Of a DNA stretch of 41,191 bases, positions 8,585 through 16,249 are shown in pieces (the stretch's first letter is position 1; each line of letters opens with the position of its first letter). The DNA lies in the sequence record SRR16203515_818; one strand, written 5' to 3'. Made by a program: the position numbers and the translations under genes. The notes beneath the pieces are model-generated. The model was not told where the DNA came from. It worked only from the letters and a program-made list of their open reading frames with translations, and searched no databases.

Positions 8585-9817
8585 ATGCTGACAACGATGA
8601 AACTTTCTTTATGTGCGTTAACGGTGGCTGCTTGTTGCAGCCCCGCTTTCGCGGCGAGTGACACCAGTAAAACCGATGACTTTCACAAGTCTTTAGTGGT
8701 TATGGACACCCACCTAGATACGCCCGCGCTATTAGTGCAACCGGGTTTCGACATTATGCATGCGCATACTTACAGCGACGACTTTTCACAAGTTGATGTG
8801 CCGCGTATGGATGAGGGGGGCTTAGATGGGGGCTTTTGGGTTATTTATACCCCGCAAGGGCCGGTAGATGCAGCGCACTTTATTGAGGCCCGTGATACCG
8901 CCTTATTACGTGCCATGGCAATCCACAAGATGGTGGCTGCCAACCCAGATGCCTTTGCCTTGGCCACGGAACCTGAAGATGCACAGGCGATTGCTAAACA
9001 AGGCAAAAAGATTGTCTATATCAGCATGGAAAATGCCTATCCACTGGGGGAAGATTTAACTCTGCTCGACACCTTTTACAAAATGGGCCTACGCATGATT
9101 GGGCCGGTGCATTTTAAAAATAATCAGTTTGGTGACAGTTCAACGGATCCTGACGGGCCCCAATATGATGGGTTATCTCCCTTAGGTGAACAACTGGTAA
9201 AACGAGCAAACGAACTGGGCATAGTATTGGATGGGTCGCACGCCCATGATGCACTAGTAGAAGACATGATTGCGCTATCAAAAACGCCGATAATCTTATC
9301 CCATTCTGGCACCAAAACCATTTATGACCATCCGCGCAATATTGACGATAGTTTACTTAAAAAATTGGTAGACAGTGGGGGGGTTATTCACGTTAATGCC
9401 TATGGCTCTTACCTAAAAGCGTTACCTAGCGATCCAGAGCGTCGCAAGGCCTATGGCGTACTGTTTAAGCAAATGGGCAATATTGCCAATATGACCGCAG
9501 AGGAAGTGGCGGCACTAAAAGCCCAGCGTAAACAAATTGACCTAGAGCACCCCGCAGTACGGGCCACTTTCGAAGATTATATGCAGCACTTTCTGCATAT
9601 TCTCGCGGTAGCGGGCCCGCAACATACCGGTGTGGGGGCAGACTGGGATGGTGGCGGCGGTGTGGAACGCATGATGGATGTAGCTGCCTTGCCGTTAATC
9701 ACCGAGCGACTGTTAGCCGAGGGCTATAGTCAACAAGACGTGGCGGATATTTGGGGAAATAATGCGTTACGCCTACTGCAACAAGCGCAAGACTACGCCG
9801 CCTCGCTAAAACAATAG
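8585..9817 (+). CDS. Exported dipeptidase, peptidase family M19
   Basis: Signal peptide; DTHLD, MENAY, DGSH, SHS, HPRNIDD, GVGADWDGG, WGNNALRLL; ATG directly follows the TBDR stop (TAAATG). Confidence 0.92.
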   Translation: MLTTMKLSLCALTVAACCSPAFAASDTSKTDDFHKSLVVMDTHLDTPALLVQPGFDIMHAHTYSDDFSQVDVPRMDEGGLDGGFWVIYTPQGPVDAAHFIEARDTALLRAMAIHKMVAANPDAFALATEPEDAQAIAKQGKKIVYISMENAYPLGEDLTLLDTFYKMGLRMIGPVHFKNNQFGDSSTDPDGPQYDGLSPLGEQLVKRANELGIVLDGSHAHDALVEDMIALSKTPIILSHSGTKTIYDHPRNIDDSLLKKLVDSGGVIHVNAYGSYLKALPSDPERRKAYGVLFKQMGNIANMTAEEVAALKAQRKQIDLEHPAVRATFEDYMQHFLHILAVAGPQHTGVGADWDGGGGVERMMDVAALPLITERLLAEGYSQQDVADIWGNNALRLLQQAQDYAASLKQ

Positions 9818-9826
9818 CACCGGGTA

Positions 9827-9872
9827 TAGAGGAAACAGGTTTACGCGCTGTTTTCTCTTTCCACCTCTTTTT
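9827..9872 (+). terminator. Probable terminator after the dipeptidase
   Basis: AGAGGAAACAG/CTGTTTTCTCT imperfect stem followed by a pyrimidine/T-rich tail. Confidence 0.5.
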
Positions 9873-10196
9873 GCAAAGTACGCCTCGTACGCCTTAAAAA
9901 CAGCGCTAACCTATTGTTATAGGGTTGAAGTTGTGAAGCCAACGCTAAAAAACGGTGACTAAGTGAACCAAAGTGGGTAGTTAGCGCATATTAAAAATAA
10001 TTAATTTAATATGTTAGCAAGGTTTCGTTCGAGCCTATTGTCAAAGTTAGGAAATAGCCCTTGCTTTGCTAATGCATTATGCGCCTGAGCAGGTCACCTC
10101 GACGATTGATAAATTGAGAAAATCATTGCAAAAATACAATCAAAAAAGCCGTCGAGGCTATGACATTGAGTGCCAAATAACGAGCGAGCTGGTGGC

Positions 10197-10805
10197 CTAA
10201 AACGGCGGTAACACGGTCACCTTTTTAATGATTATTGGCTCAATAGGCACGTTATTAGCGTTAAGCCTAAGAGAATACTCAGTTTCTACTTCTGACATCG
10301 CATCTACTACGTCTTCGCCCTCAACAATCATGCCGAAGACGGCGTAGCCCCAGTCACTGCCCGGGTTTAAGCTTTCGTTATCGTTAACATTAAAGAAAAA
10401 CTGACGATTCGCTGTATGCGGGTCGTTTTGCCGAGCCATAGCTATGGTGTAGAGATCATTGGTCAACCCATTGCCTGATTCATTGAATATATCGGGGTAG
10501 TTAGATTTACCATCAAAGTCAGTGGTGTAGCCGCCTCCCTGCACCACAAACCCTGGCACTATGCGGTGGAAAATTGTATCTTCGTAACTGCGTTTATCAA
10601 CATAGCGTAAGAAGTTATTCACCGTGATGGGCGCACGACGTCTGTCTAGCTCTACCACCACATCACCCATGGACGTCTCTATCTTCACCCGTGGATAATA
10701 ATTGTCGGGCTGAACGTGAGAGCCATCGTCCTTTTTCGCCGCCTGCGCGCTCAGGCTAGCCACGAGGCATGAAAAAACAAACACGGAAATGATTTTCTTC
10801 AACAT
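10197..10805 (-). CDS. Periplasmic cyclophilin-type peptidyl-prolyl isomerase (PpiA-like)
   Basis: Signal peptide; APITVNNF, IFHRIVPGFVVQGGG, IAMAR, QFFFN, GYAVFG. Confidence 0.93.
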   Translation of the reverse strand: MLKKIISVFVFSCLVASLSAQAAKKDDGSHVQPDNYYPRVKIETSMGDVVVELDRRRAPITVNNFLRYVDKRSYEDTIFHRIVPGFVVQGGGYTTDFDGKSNYPDIFNESGNGLTNDLYTIAMARQNDPHTANRQFFFNVNDNESLNPGSDWGYAVFGMIVEGEDVVDAMSEVETEYSLRLNANNVPIEPIIIKKVTVLPPF

Positions 10806-10816
10806 ACTGGGAGTCC

Positions 10817-12019
10817 TTAACGTTTTGCTGTACCCAAAATAACAAATTTATTATCACTGGCAATAACATTGGTACCACCAAACAAGCGCTTTAGTTTGAT
10901 GTGATATTCAAGATGTCGATTACCAACCACCACTAGGTGACCACTTTTAACCAACAGGTCCCGGGAGTCTTGAAACATCTGCCAGGCAATATGATCGGTA
11001 ATGGCATTTTGTTGGTGGAAGGGAGGGTTACACAGAACTTTGGTCACCCCAGGGCGTTCGCCCTTGTCTAACAAGGCTTCCAGGCAATTACTGGCAATAA
11101 ACTCGCATTGATCGATTTTATCGGGAAAGTTTTCAACCACATTGCGTCTGGCACTTTCTACCGCCATAAACGACTCATCGACAAAAATCACTCGACAATC
11201 AGGCGCCATAGACAGGGCATTTAAGCCTAATACGCCATTGCCGCAGCCTAGGTCGACCACCACATCATTACTGCTCACCGTCATATGGGGAAGCATAATG
11301 CGGGCGCCAATATCTAGCGACTGCCGTGAGAACACATTGGCTAAATTGGCTAACTGCACTGTCTGCCCTGTGGGTAAGGTGCAAGGCCAGGTAGTCGGGT
11401 AAGGGGAAGGGACTGCTGCAATGCTTTCATCCACCTGACAAAAAATGAGGCGGGACTTTTTCTTCGCCAGTGAGGTAGTCGTTGGGCCTAAAATTTTGTC
11501 AAACAAGGCCAATACCGTTTTGGTGATATTTTTCACTTTACCGGCCGCAATAATGCGGGTGTTGGCGGTAGCAACCCGTTTAATATCAATAAGCTGTTGC
11601 TCTAATAGCGCTAAGGTGCGGGGCACTTTTAGCAGTATTATATCGGGTGCACTCGGCGTGGTCAGAGTCAGGCTTTCCACACTCGTCATGCTTTGCACTG
11701 GTGCGGTGATGGCGCCAGTGTCTGACACCTCAGGGTTGGCGTCATTAAGGGTGAGGTTTTCACGCAAGCTGCGCAATGCGATGTAAGAGTCTGAAATCCA
11801 AATCGGGTTATAGTGCGTAAACCAACAACCTAATGCGCCAAAATCGTCATTGAAAATAACCATGGGGCCGCTTAAAGGCTTATCGCTTAATGCCGCCTCT
11901 ACGTGGTTAATAAGTAATTCGTCTGCGCTGTCCCACGCCTGTAAACTGACGTGCTGATGCTTTTCAGGATAACGAATTAGGGTAAACTGGCGATCAGCGA
12001 GTATAAATTCTGTGTTCAT
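10817..12019 (-). CDS. rlmG: 23S rRNA m2G1835 methyltransferase
   Basis: LQAWDSADE, NDDFGAL, TTTSLAKKKSRLIF, VFSRQSLDIGAR, DLGCGNG, NPPFHQ, VGNRHL. Confidence 0.93.
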   Translation of the reverse strand: MNTEFILADRQFTLIRYPEKHQHVSLQAWDSADELLINHVEAALSDKPLSGPMVIFNDDFGALGCWFTHYNPIWISDSYIALRSLRENLTLNDANPEVSDTGAITAPVQSMTSVESLTLTTPSAPDIILLKVPRTLALLEQQLIDIKRVATANTRIIAAGKVKNITKTVLALFDKILGPTTTSLAKKKSRLIFCQVDESIAAVPSPYPTTWPCTLPTGQTVQLANLANVFSRQSLDIGARIMLPHMTVSSNDVVVDLGCGNGVLGLNALSMAPDCRVIFVDESFMAVESARRNVVENFPDKIDQCEFIASNCLEALLDKGERPGVTKVLCNPPFHQQNAITDHIAWQMFQDSRDLLVKSGHLVVVGNRHLEYHIKLKRLFGGTNVIASDNKFVILGTAKR

Positions 12020-12048
12020 GTTAGTGCTATCTAAGGTTGTTGGGTATT

Positions 12049-12675
12049 ATGCAATTACCACTGTTTTCGAATAACGAAAAAGGCGCAAAGTCACCCATGA
12101 CGCTTGCGTTACCAGAAGCTCAAGTGCGCTATTATCCGCAATGGATCCCCACAGAGCAAGCCAACCTTTATAAGAAAGCGTTAGAACATGATTTACCCTG
12201 GCGCCAGGATAACCTTCGTATGTTTGGTAAAACCATTGCTATTCCTCGCCTGCAGTCGTGGCATGGCGATCCTGAGTGTCTGTATCGCTACTCTGGTTTG
12301 TCATTAACCCCTGCACCTTGGACCGATGTGTTAGGGGATATTCGTGATAAATGTAATGCTGAGTGTGGGGTTGTGTTTAATAGTGTATTGGCTAATTGGT
12401 ATCGCGATGGTCAAGATAGCATGAGTATGCACGCCGATGATGAGCCCGAATTAGGCCCTGATCCTGTGATTGCCTCGGTGACGTTCGGGGCAGCGCGTCC
12501 GTTTGTGTTGAAGCACAAAGAAACCGGGCAGCGTTATGTGCAAGTACTAGAACATGGCAGCTTATTGGTGATGTCGGGAAGTACGCAAAGTCATTATTTA
12601 CACGGGATTGCGAAGACGGCAAAACCAATAGGTGATAGAATAAACCTCACTTATCGAAAATTAATTAGCTGTTAG
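12049..12675 (+). CDS. AlkB-family (ALKBH2/3-like) 2OG-Fe(II) dioxygenase; start may be 12037, 12049 or 12097
   Basis: IPRLQSWHG, NWYRDGQDSMSMHADDE (HxD), H..K, RINLTYR. Confidence 0.9.
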   Translation: MQLPLFSNNEKGAKSPMTLALPEAQVRYYPQWIPTEQANLYKKALEHDLPWRQDNLRMFGKTIAIPRLQSWHGDPECLYRYSGLSLTPAPWTDVLGDIRDKCNAECGVVFNSVLANWYRDGQDSMSMHADDEPELGPDPVIASVTFGAARPFVLKHKETGQRYVQVLEHGSLLVMSGSTQSHYLHGIAKTAKPIGDRINLTYRKLISC

Positions 12676-12686
12676 TCGAGCAATTC

Positions 12687-13004
12687 ATGAACGTAAAAGA
12701 ATTTATCGAAACCACCCTCACAGATGCGCTTAGCCCCGCATTGTTAGAGGTAGTAGATGAAAGCTACATGCATAATGTGCCTGAGGGCGCACAGAGCCAT
12801 TTTAAGGTGACTGTGGTAACTGATGCCTTTGCAGGTAAACGCCTCATTGCCCGTCATCGAGAAGTTAACAGCTTAGTGGATGAAGCCCTGAAAGGGCCTG
12901 TGCATGCCTTAGCACTGCATACCTACACGGTAGAAGAGTGGCACAAGCGAGGGGGGGCAGCTATCTCATCACCGGCCTGCCTTGGCGGTAGTAAACGCGA
13001 CTAA
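12687..13004 (+). CDS. bolA: BolA family protein
   Basis: EVVDESYMH, SHFKVTVV, RHR, VHALALHT, SPACLGG. Confidence 0.93.
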   Translation: MNVKEFIETTLTDALSPALLEVVDESYMHNVPEGAQSHFKVTVVTDAFAGKRLIARHREVNSLVDEALKGPVHALALHTYTVEEWHKRGGAAISSPACLGGSKRD

Positions 13005-13044
13005 ATTACCGGTGTAACCAAACCTGTTAGGAGTAAATAGCAAC

Positions 13045-13716
13045 ATGGAAGTAAAGGGTACCCTTAGGGCGTACATGCAAATTCTTAAGACGCCCACCGT
13101 GCAGATAGTGTTATTAGGCGGCGGCTTTTTGTTGCTCATGTTGTTTGAGTCTATGGGCATACTTGGCGGCTTCGACAGCCAAGTACGCCACTATTTCATG
13201 CAATTTCCGCTTACCCATTGGCAACACGACCTGTTGCGTGATGCCACCGCATTAGGCAGCAATAGCGTACTTATTTTTATCACACTTGCGGTTGCTATAG
13301 GTTACAAACTTCAAGGTAAGACGAAATTAGCGGCAGGGGTGGTAGTAACCGTGGGGCTGGGGTTAGTGCTGGCCTTCGCGCTAAAATATGGTATTGACCG
13401 ACCACGTCCACCGGTGTCACAACACGATGTCGACGTGTATACCCAAAGCTTTCCGTCTGCCCATGCCATGATGTCTACTATTGTTTACTTTTATTTGGCA
13501 GGGTTACTCACGCGAAGAGTGAGCACCCTTAGCGTCAAACGCTGGGCATATGGCGTTGCTGCCTTACTGGTATTATTTATTGGTGTTAGCCGGGTAATGT
13601 TAGGGGTACATTGGCCCAGTGATGTGCTGGCAGGTTGGTTTGCTGGCGGTGCATTCGTCGCTTATTGTTTTTTCTTAATTAAATGGCAACGAAAGTTGCG
13701 TATTCGTCGTAAATAA
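13045..13716 (+). CDS. PAP2-family membrane phosphatase
   Basis: K..IDRPRP, SFPSAH, SRVMLGVHWPSDV motifs; several hydrophobic segments. Confidence 0.9.
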   Translation: MEVKGTLRAYMQILKTPTVQIVLLGGGFLLLMLFESMGILGGFDSQVRHYFMQFPLTHWQHDLLRDATALGSNSVLIFITLAVAIGYKLQGKTKLAAGVVVTVGLGLVLAFALKYGIDRPRPPVSQHDVDVYTQSFPSAHAMMSTIVYFYLAGLLTRRVSTLSVKRWAYGVAALLVLFIGVSRVMLGVHWPSDVLAGWFAGGAFVAYCFFLIKWQRKLRIRRK

Positions 13717-13841
13717 CCCGCATCGGGGTTATCAGACCGCTTTTTCCTGCTTGTTGCTGAATGCGACGAGCAGGTCTAATCGCCCCGATAAGGCGCCCCC
13801 GTCTCTACAGAAGGCCCCTAGCTTGGCTAGTTATCAGTCGC

Positions 13842-15227
13842 TCACGTTTTCTGGTGAGGCCGCTGAGCAATATCCACCACTTTCTGCGCAATACTGGCCA
13901 AGCTGGTATTTTCATTCATGGCCTGTTTTTGTAGCCGTCGATAGGCGTCATGCTCGCTAAGGTGAAATTGTTGCATTAATATGAGCTTTGCTCTGTCGGT
14001 TAGCTTGTGTTCGGTAATCGCCCGTTTCGCCTCTTCAAGCTCTTGGCTCATATCTTTAATGTACTGCGCCTGTCCTTGCAGTAAATCGTAGAATGAGCGG
14101 TGTGCTGATAATGCCTCGGTTTGACTATTGATTTGATAATTGTTGGTATGGTCGGCGTTAGTTTCAACGAGACTATTTTCAACGAGATTATCGTCAATAA
14201 GACTATCTTCAACGAGTCCAGGCATGTTGGGGTCGAATAACATAGTAAGTGGCGAGCCCTCGGGTACCTGTTCGTCAGAAAAGCTTTCAATTAATTGTTG
14301 ATGGTTTTTCATTTCATCTTGGGCATTGCGTACTTTCCCCTTAGCCGCCTTCACTAAACACTCTGTGACCTTATCTTCAATATCCTGCATGGCATCAATG
14401 CGACGTGTCGCAACATCAAACCACACTTCACTGATTTCCGGCGCAATAGGGCTGCCGTTGGCTAACTGTGCAATCATCTTTCGTAGTTGATTCACATCGT
14501 CACTCGTTGCACTGCATTCGAGTTGCTCAAGTAATTGGCGCTGGGGCGAGGATGAGAATTCACTAAACACGGAAAAATGATGCTGCTGGGCCTGTTGTAA
14601 CGCACAGAGTTTATCACACAGGCGCTTATCAAAATGGGTTTCCGCAAACCCTATGGCACCTCAGGCGCGCTCTTGTCCTGCATATTCTTTGCCTTGCATT
14701 AAGTTAAATAAGGCAACCAGCATACGGGTAATGGTGGGGTCGCTGGCAATATCTGCAGCTTCAAAAATTACCGTTAGTAGCCCAGCGACTAAGCGGCAGT
14801 AGGCGCGGGTCGACTCTAAGGCGGACAACGATAGCGAAGAAACCTTGTCTCTTAGTACTGGCAGATAATCAATGCCTTGTAGGGCTAAGGTCACGCTGCT
14901 GAGTAAGCGAGGGTTAGCATCAATGGTTTTATTGTTAAGAAATAACGACTTCAGTTGGCTGCGCAAGTTTTCCTCAGCGCTAATGGCTGACTGGATGTGC
15001 GTGTGGCGCTGGGCGGCGAAACGGGTACCTTTCGACGCAATATAGATATTACTGGCGCCCCGTTCCCGCTGCAGCGCATGCACCACCTGTTTTACGGCAA
15101 TCACTATACGGCAGTTACGCGATAGCTGTTCTAACACATGAATTTCTGCGTGTTTGGCGGCCAACAAAAAGCGCTTGGTGGCGTCACTCAAATGGCTAGC
15201 CGATGGGGTGTCGCTGTCAGTAAGCAT
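13842..15227 (-). pseudogene. nasR: Nitrate/nitrite-sensing antiterminator NasR (NIT + ANTAR), interrupted by one in-frame TGA at codon 189
   Basis: ORFs 14661-15227 and 13842-14570 share a frame and read continuously ...QGKEYAGQERA*GAIGFAETHF...; NIT motifs VHALQRERGAS and WFDVATRRIDAM; C-terminal ANTAR (TDRAKLILMQ...AYRRLQKQAMN). Full length would be 461 aa. Confidence 0.88.
14163..14216. repeat. Imperfect 15-bp tandem repeat (~3.6 copies) within nasR
   Basis: ttcaacgagactatt / ttcaacgagattatc / gtcaataagactatc / ttcaacgag; encodes L-VEDSL-IDDNL-VENSL-VE on the minus strand. Confidence 0.85.
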
Positions 15228-15352
15228 AGGACGAACCTAATTAATCTCGAAAGATAAAGGTAGCAACGTCATCAGGCGGTACTCATTGACCATTAGATCT
15301 ACGCCCTAATATCGCCTGATGAAGCAACTGAATCAATAGGTACGCAAAGGCA

Positions 15353-15368
15353 AGCAATGGCTATGCCT
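15353..15368 (-). promoter_or_regulatory. sigma54 -24/-12 promoter for nasR
   Basis: Minus strand AGGCAT-AGCCA-TTGCT with exact GG-N10-GC spacing. Confidence 0.7.
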
Positions 15369-15448
15369 TATTTAATGCTTATTTTGCTGTGATTAAGTGA
15401 TTGAATATTCGATGTTTAACCAAGTTTAATAGGAGAGGATGAGAACGT

Positions 15449-15509
15449 TGCTGTATGGCGGTGCATCTTGATGGGGCTGATACCGCAGTTTATGCGCAGT
15501 TATGGTGCA
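15449..15509. promoter_or_regulatory. NtrC-like enhancer sites for nasR
   Basis: TGCGC-N7-GTGCA (15493-15509), TGCAT-N7-GGGCT (15462-15478) and TGCTG-N7-GTGCA (15449-15465) versus TGCAC-N7-GTGCA; 80-140 bp upstream of the sigma54 site. Confidence 0.65.
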
Positions 15510-15532
15510 AGGCCATACTGCGCGCTATCCGT

Positions 15533-15820
15533 TTAGTTACGTACTACCCGTAAGAACCAGCCCACAAACAAAGAAATGAGAAAACCAAAAAAGGCCATTA
15601 ATACTGTCATGGTCATGAGCTTACCGGAAAAGTCAGCATTTTCCCCAGTCTGGTCACTGACCAACATACCCGATGCCTGAAAAATGAATAAGGTTGCGAT
15701 AGAAAACAACAGGATAACCACCGTCGATATTAGCGTAGCCTTCCAATAGTTTCTTGGCGCCATCCAGTGTATGGCCCCCGCTACAAGTACGCAGATAATA
15801 GTTAAAATATAAGGGACCAC
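15533..15820 (-). CDS. Small membrane protein (about 3 TM helices), unknown function
   Basis: 95 aa with three hydrophobic stretches; GTG start preceded by AGGAG. Confidence 0.8.
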   Translation of the reverse strand: MVPYILTIICVLVAGAIHWMAPRNYWKATLISTVVILLFSIATLFIFQASGMLVSDQTGENADFSGKLMTMTVLMAFFGFLISLFVGWFLRVVRN

Positions 15821-15896
15821 TTTTACTCCTTATGAGTGATGAAGGTTAATAGGTTTAATTATGCACGAGTGTCTCTTTAAGCGGCAGCATGTTAGG

Positions 15897-15913
15897 TGCA
15901 CCATGCTCGTGCG
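15897..15913. promoter_or_regulatory. NtrC-like box between the divergent small membrane gene and sulP
   Basis: TGCAC-CATGCTC-GTGCG, one mismatch to TGCAC-N7-GTGCA. Confidence 0.5.
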
Positions 15914-16249
15914 CGACAAAAGAACTTAGTATAAATCACTCGTTACGTATTAGAAAATAAGATGCCATGTATAGAGGACATTGTCAGCTTGTGTCGCTCA
16001 TTTAGTTGGTTAACGACTCGCAATCTTCTACGGCCACCGGCAATAGCGAGACGATACTCAGGCATAGGTTTACGGTTATTTGCTATTATTGGGAGTAAAA
16101 AAGCGCTAGCGCTTAACACGCTATTAAAAGATTTCGCCTATAAATGGTGATAGAATCGCCAACGAATTTCACAGGCCCGTTGGCTAGGGTTGATCTCCTC
16201 AACCGAGTACGCGATGCCTAAATTTTAATTTTTTGACTCCTGAGAAAAC

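Noticed and set aside
10160-10176. Minus-strand TGGCAC as a sigma54 promoter
   Set aside because: No GC at the -12 position (TGGCAC-TCAAT-GTCA).
13842-14570. Calling the two nasR ORFs independent genes (NasS/NasT-like pair)
   Set aside because: They share a frame, the break falls inside the NIT domain, the 30 intervening codons read as continuous protein, and there is no REC domain.
15962-16150. 62-aa ORF upstream of sulP (likewise 17888-18133 and 37183-37467)
   Set aside because: No convincing RBS or motif; they overlap promoter or regulatory elements. Not strictly excluded without Ribo-seq.
16145-16161. GGTGAT...ATCGCC as a fluoride riboswitch
   Set aside because: The GAUG-purine/pseudoknot pairing and 3' conserved segment are missing; an extended -10 promoter explains it better.
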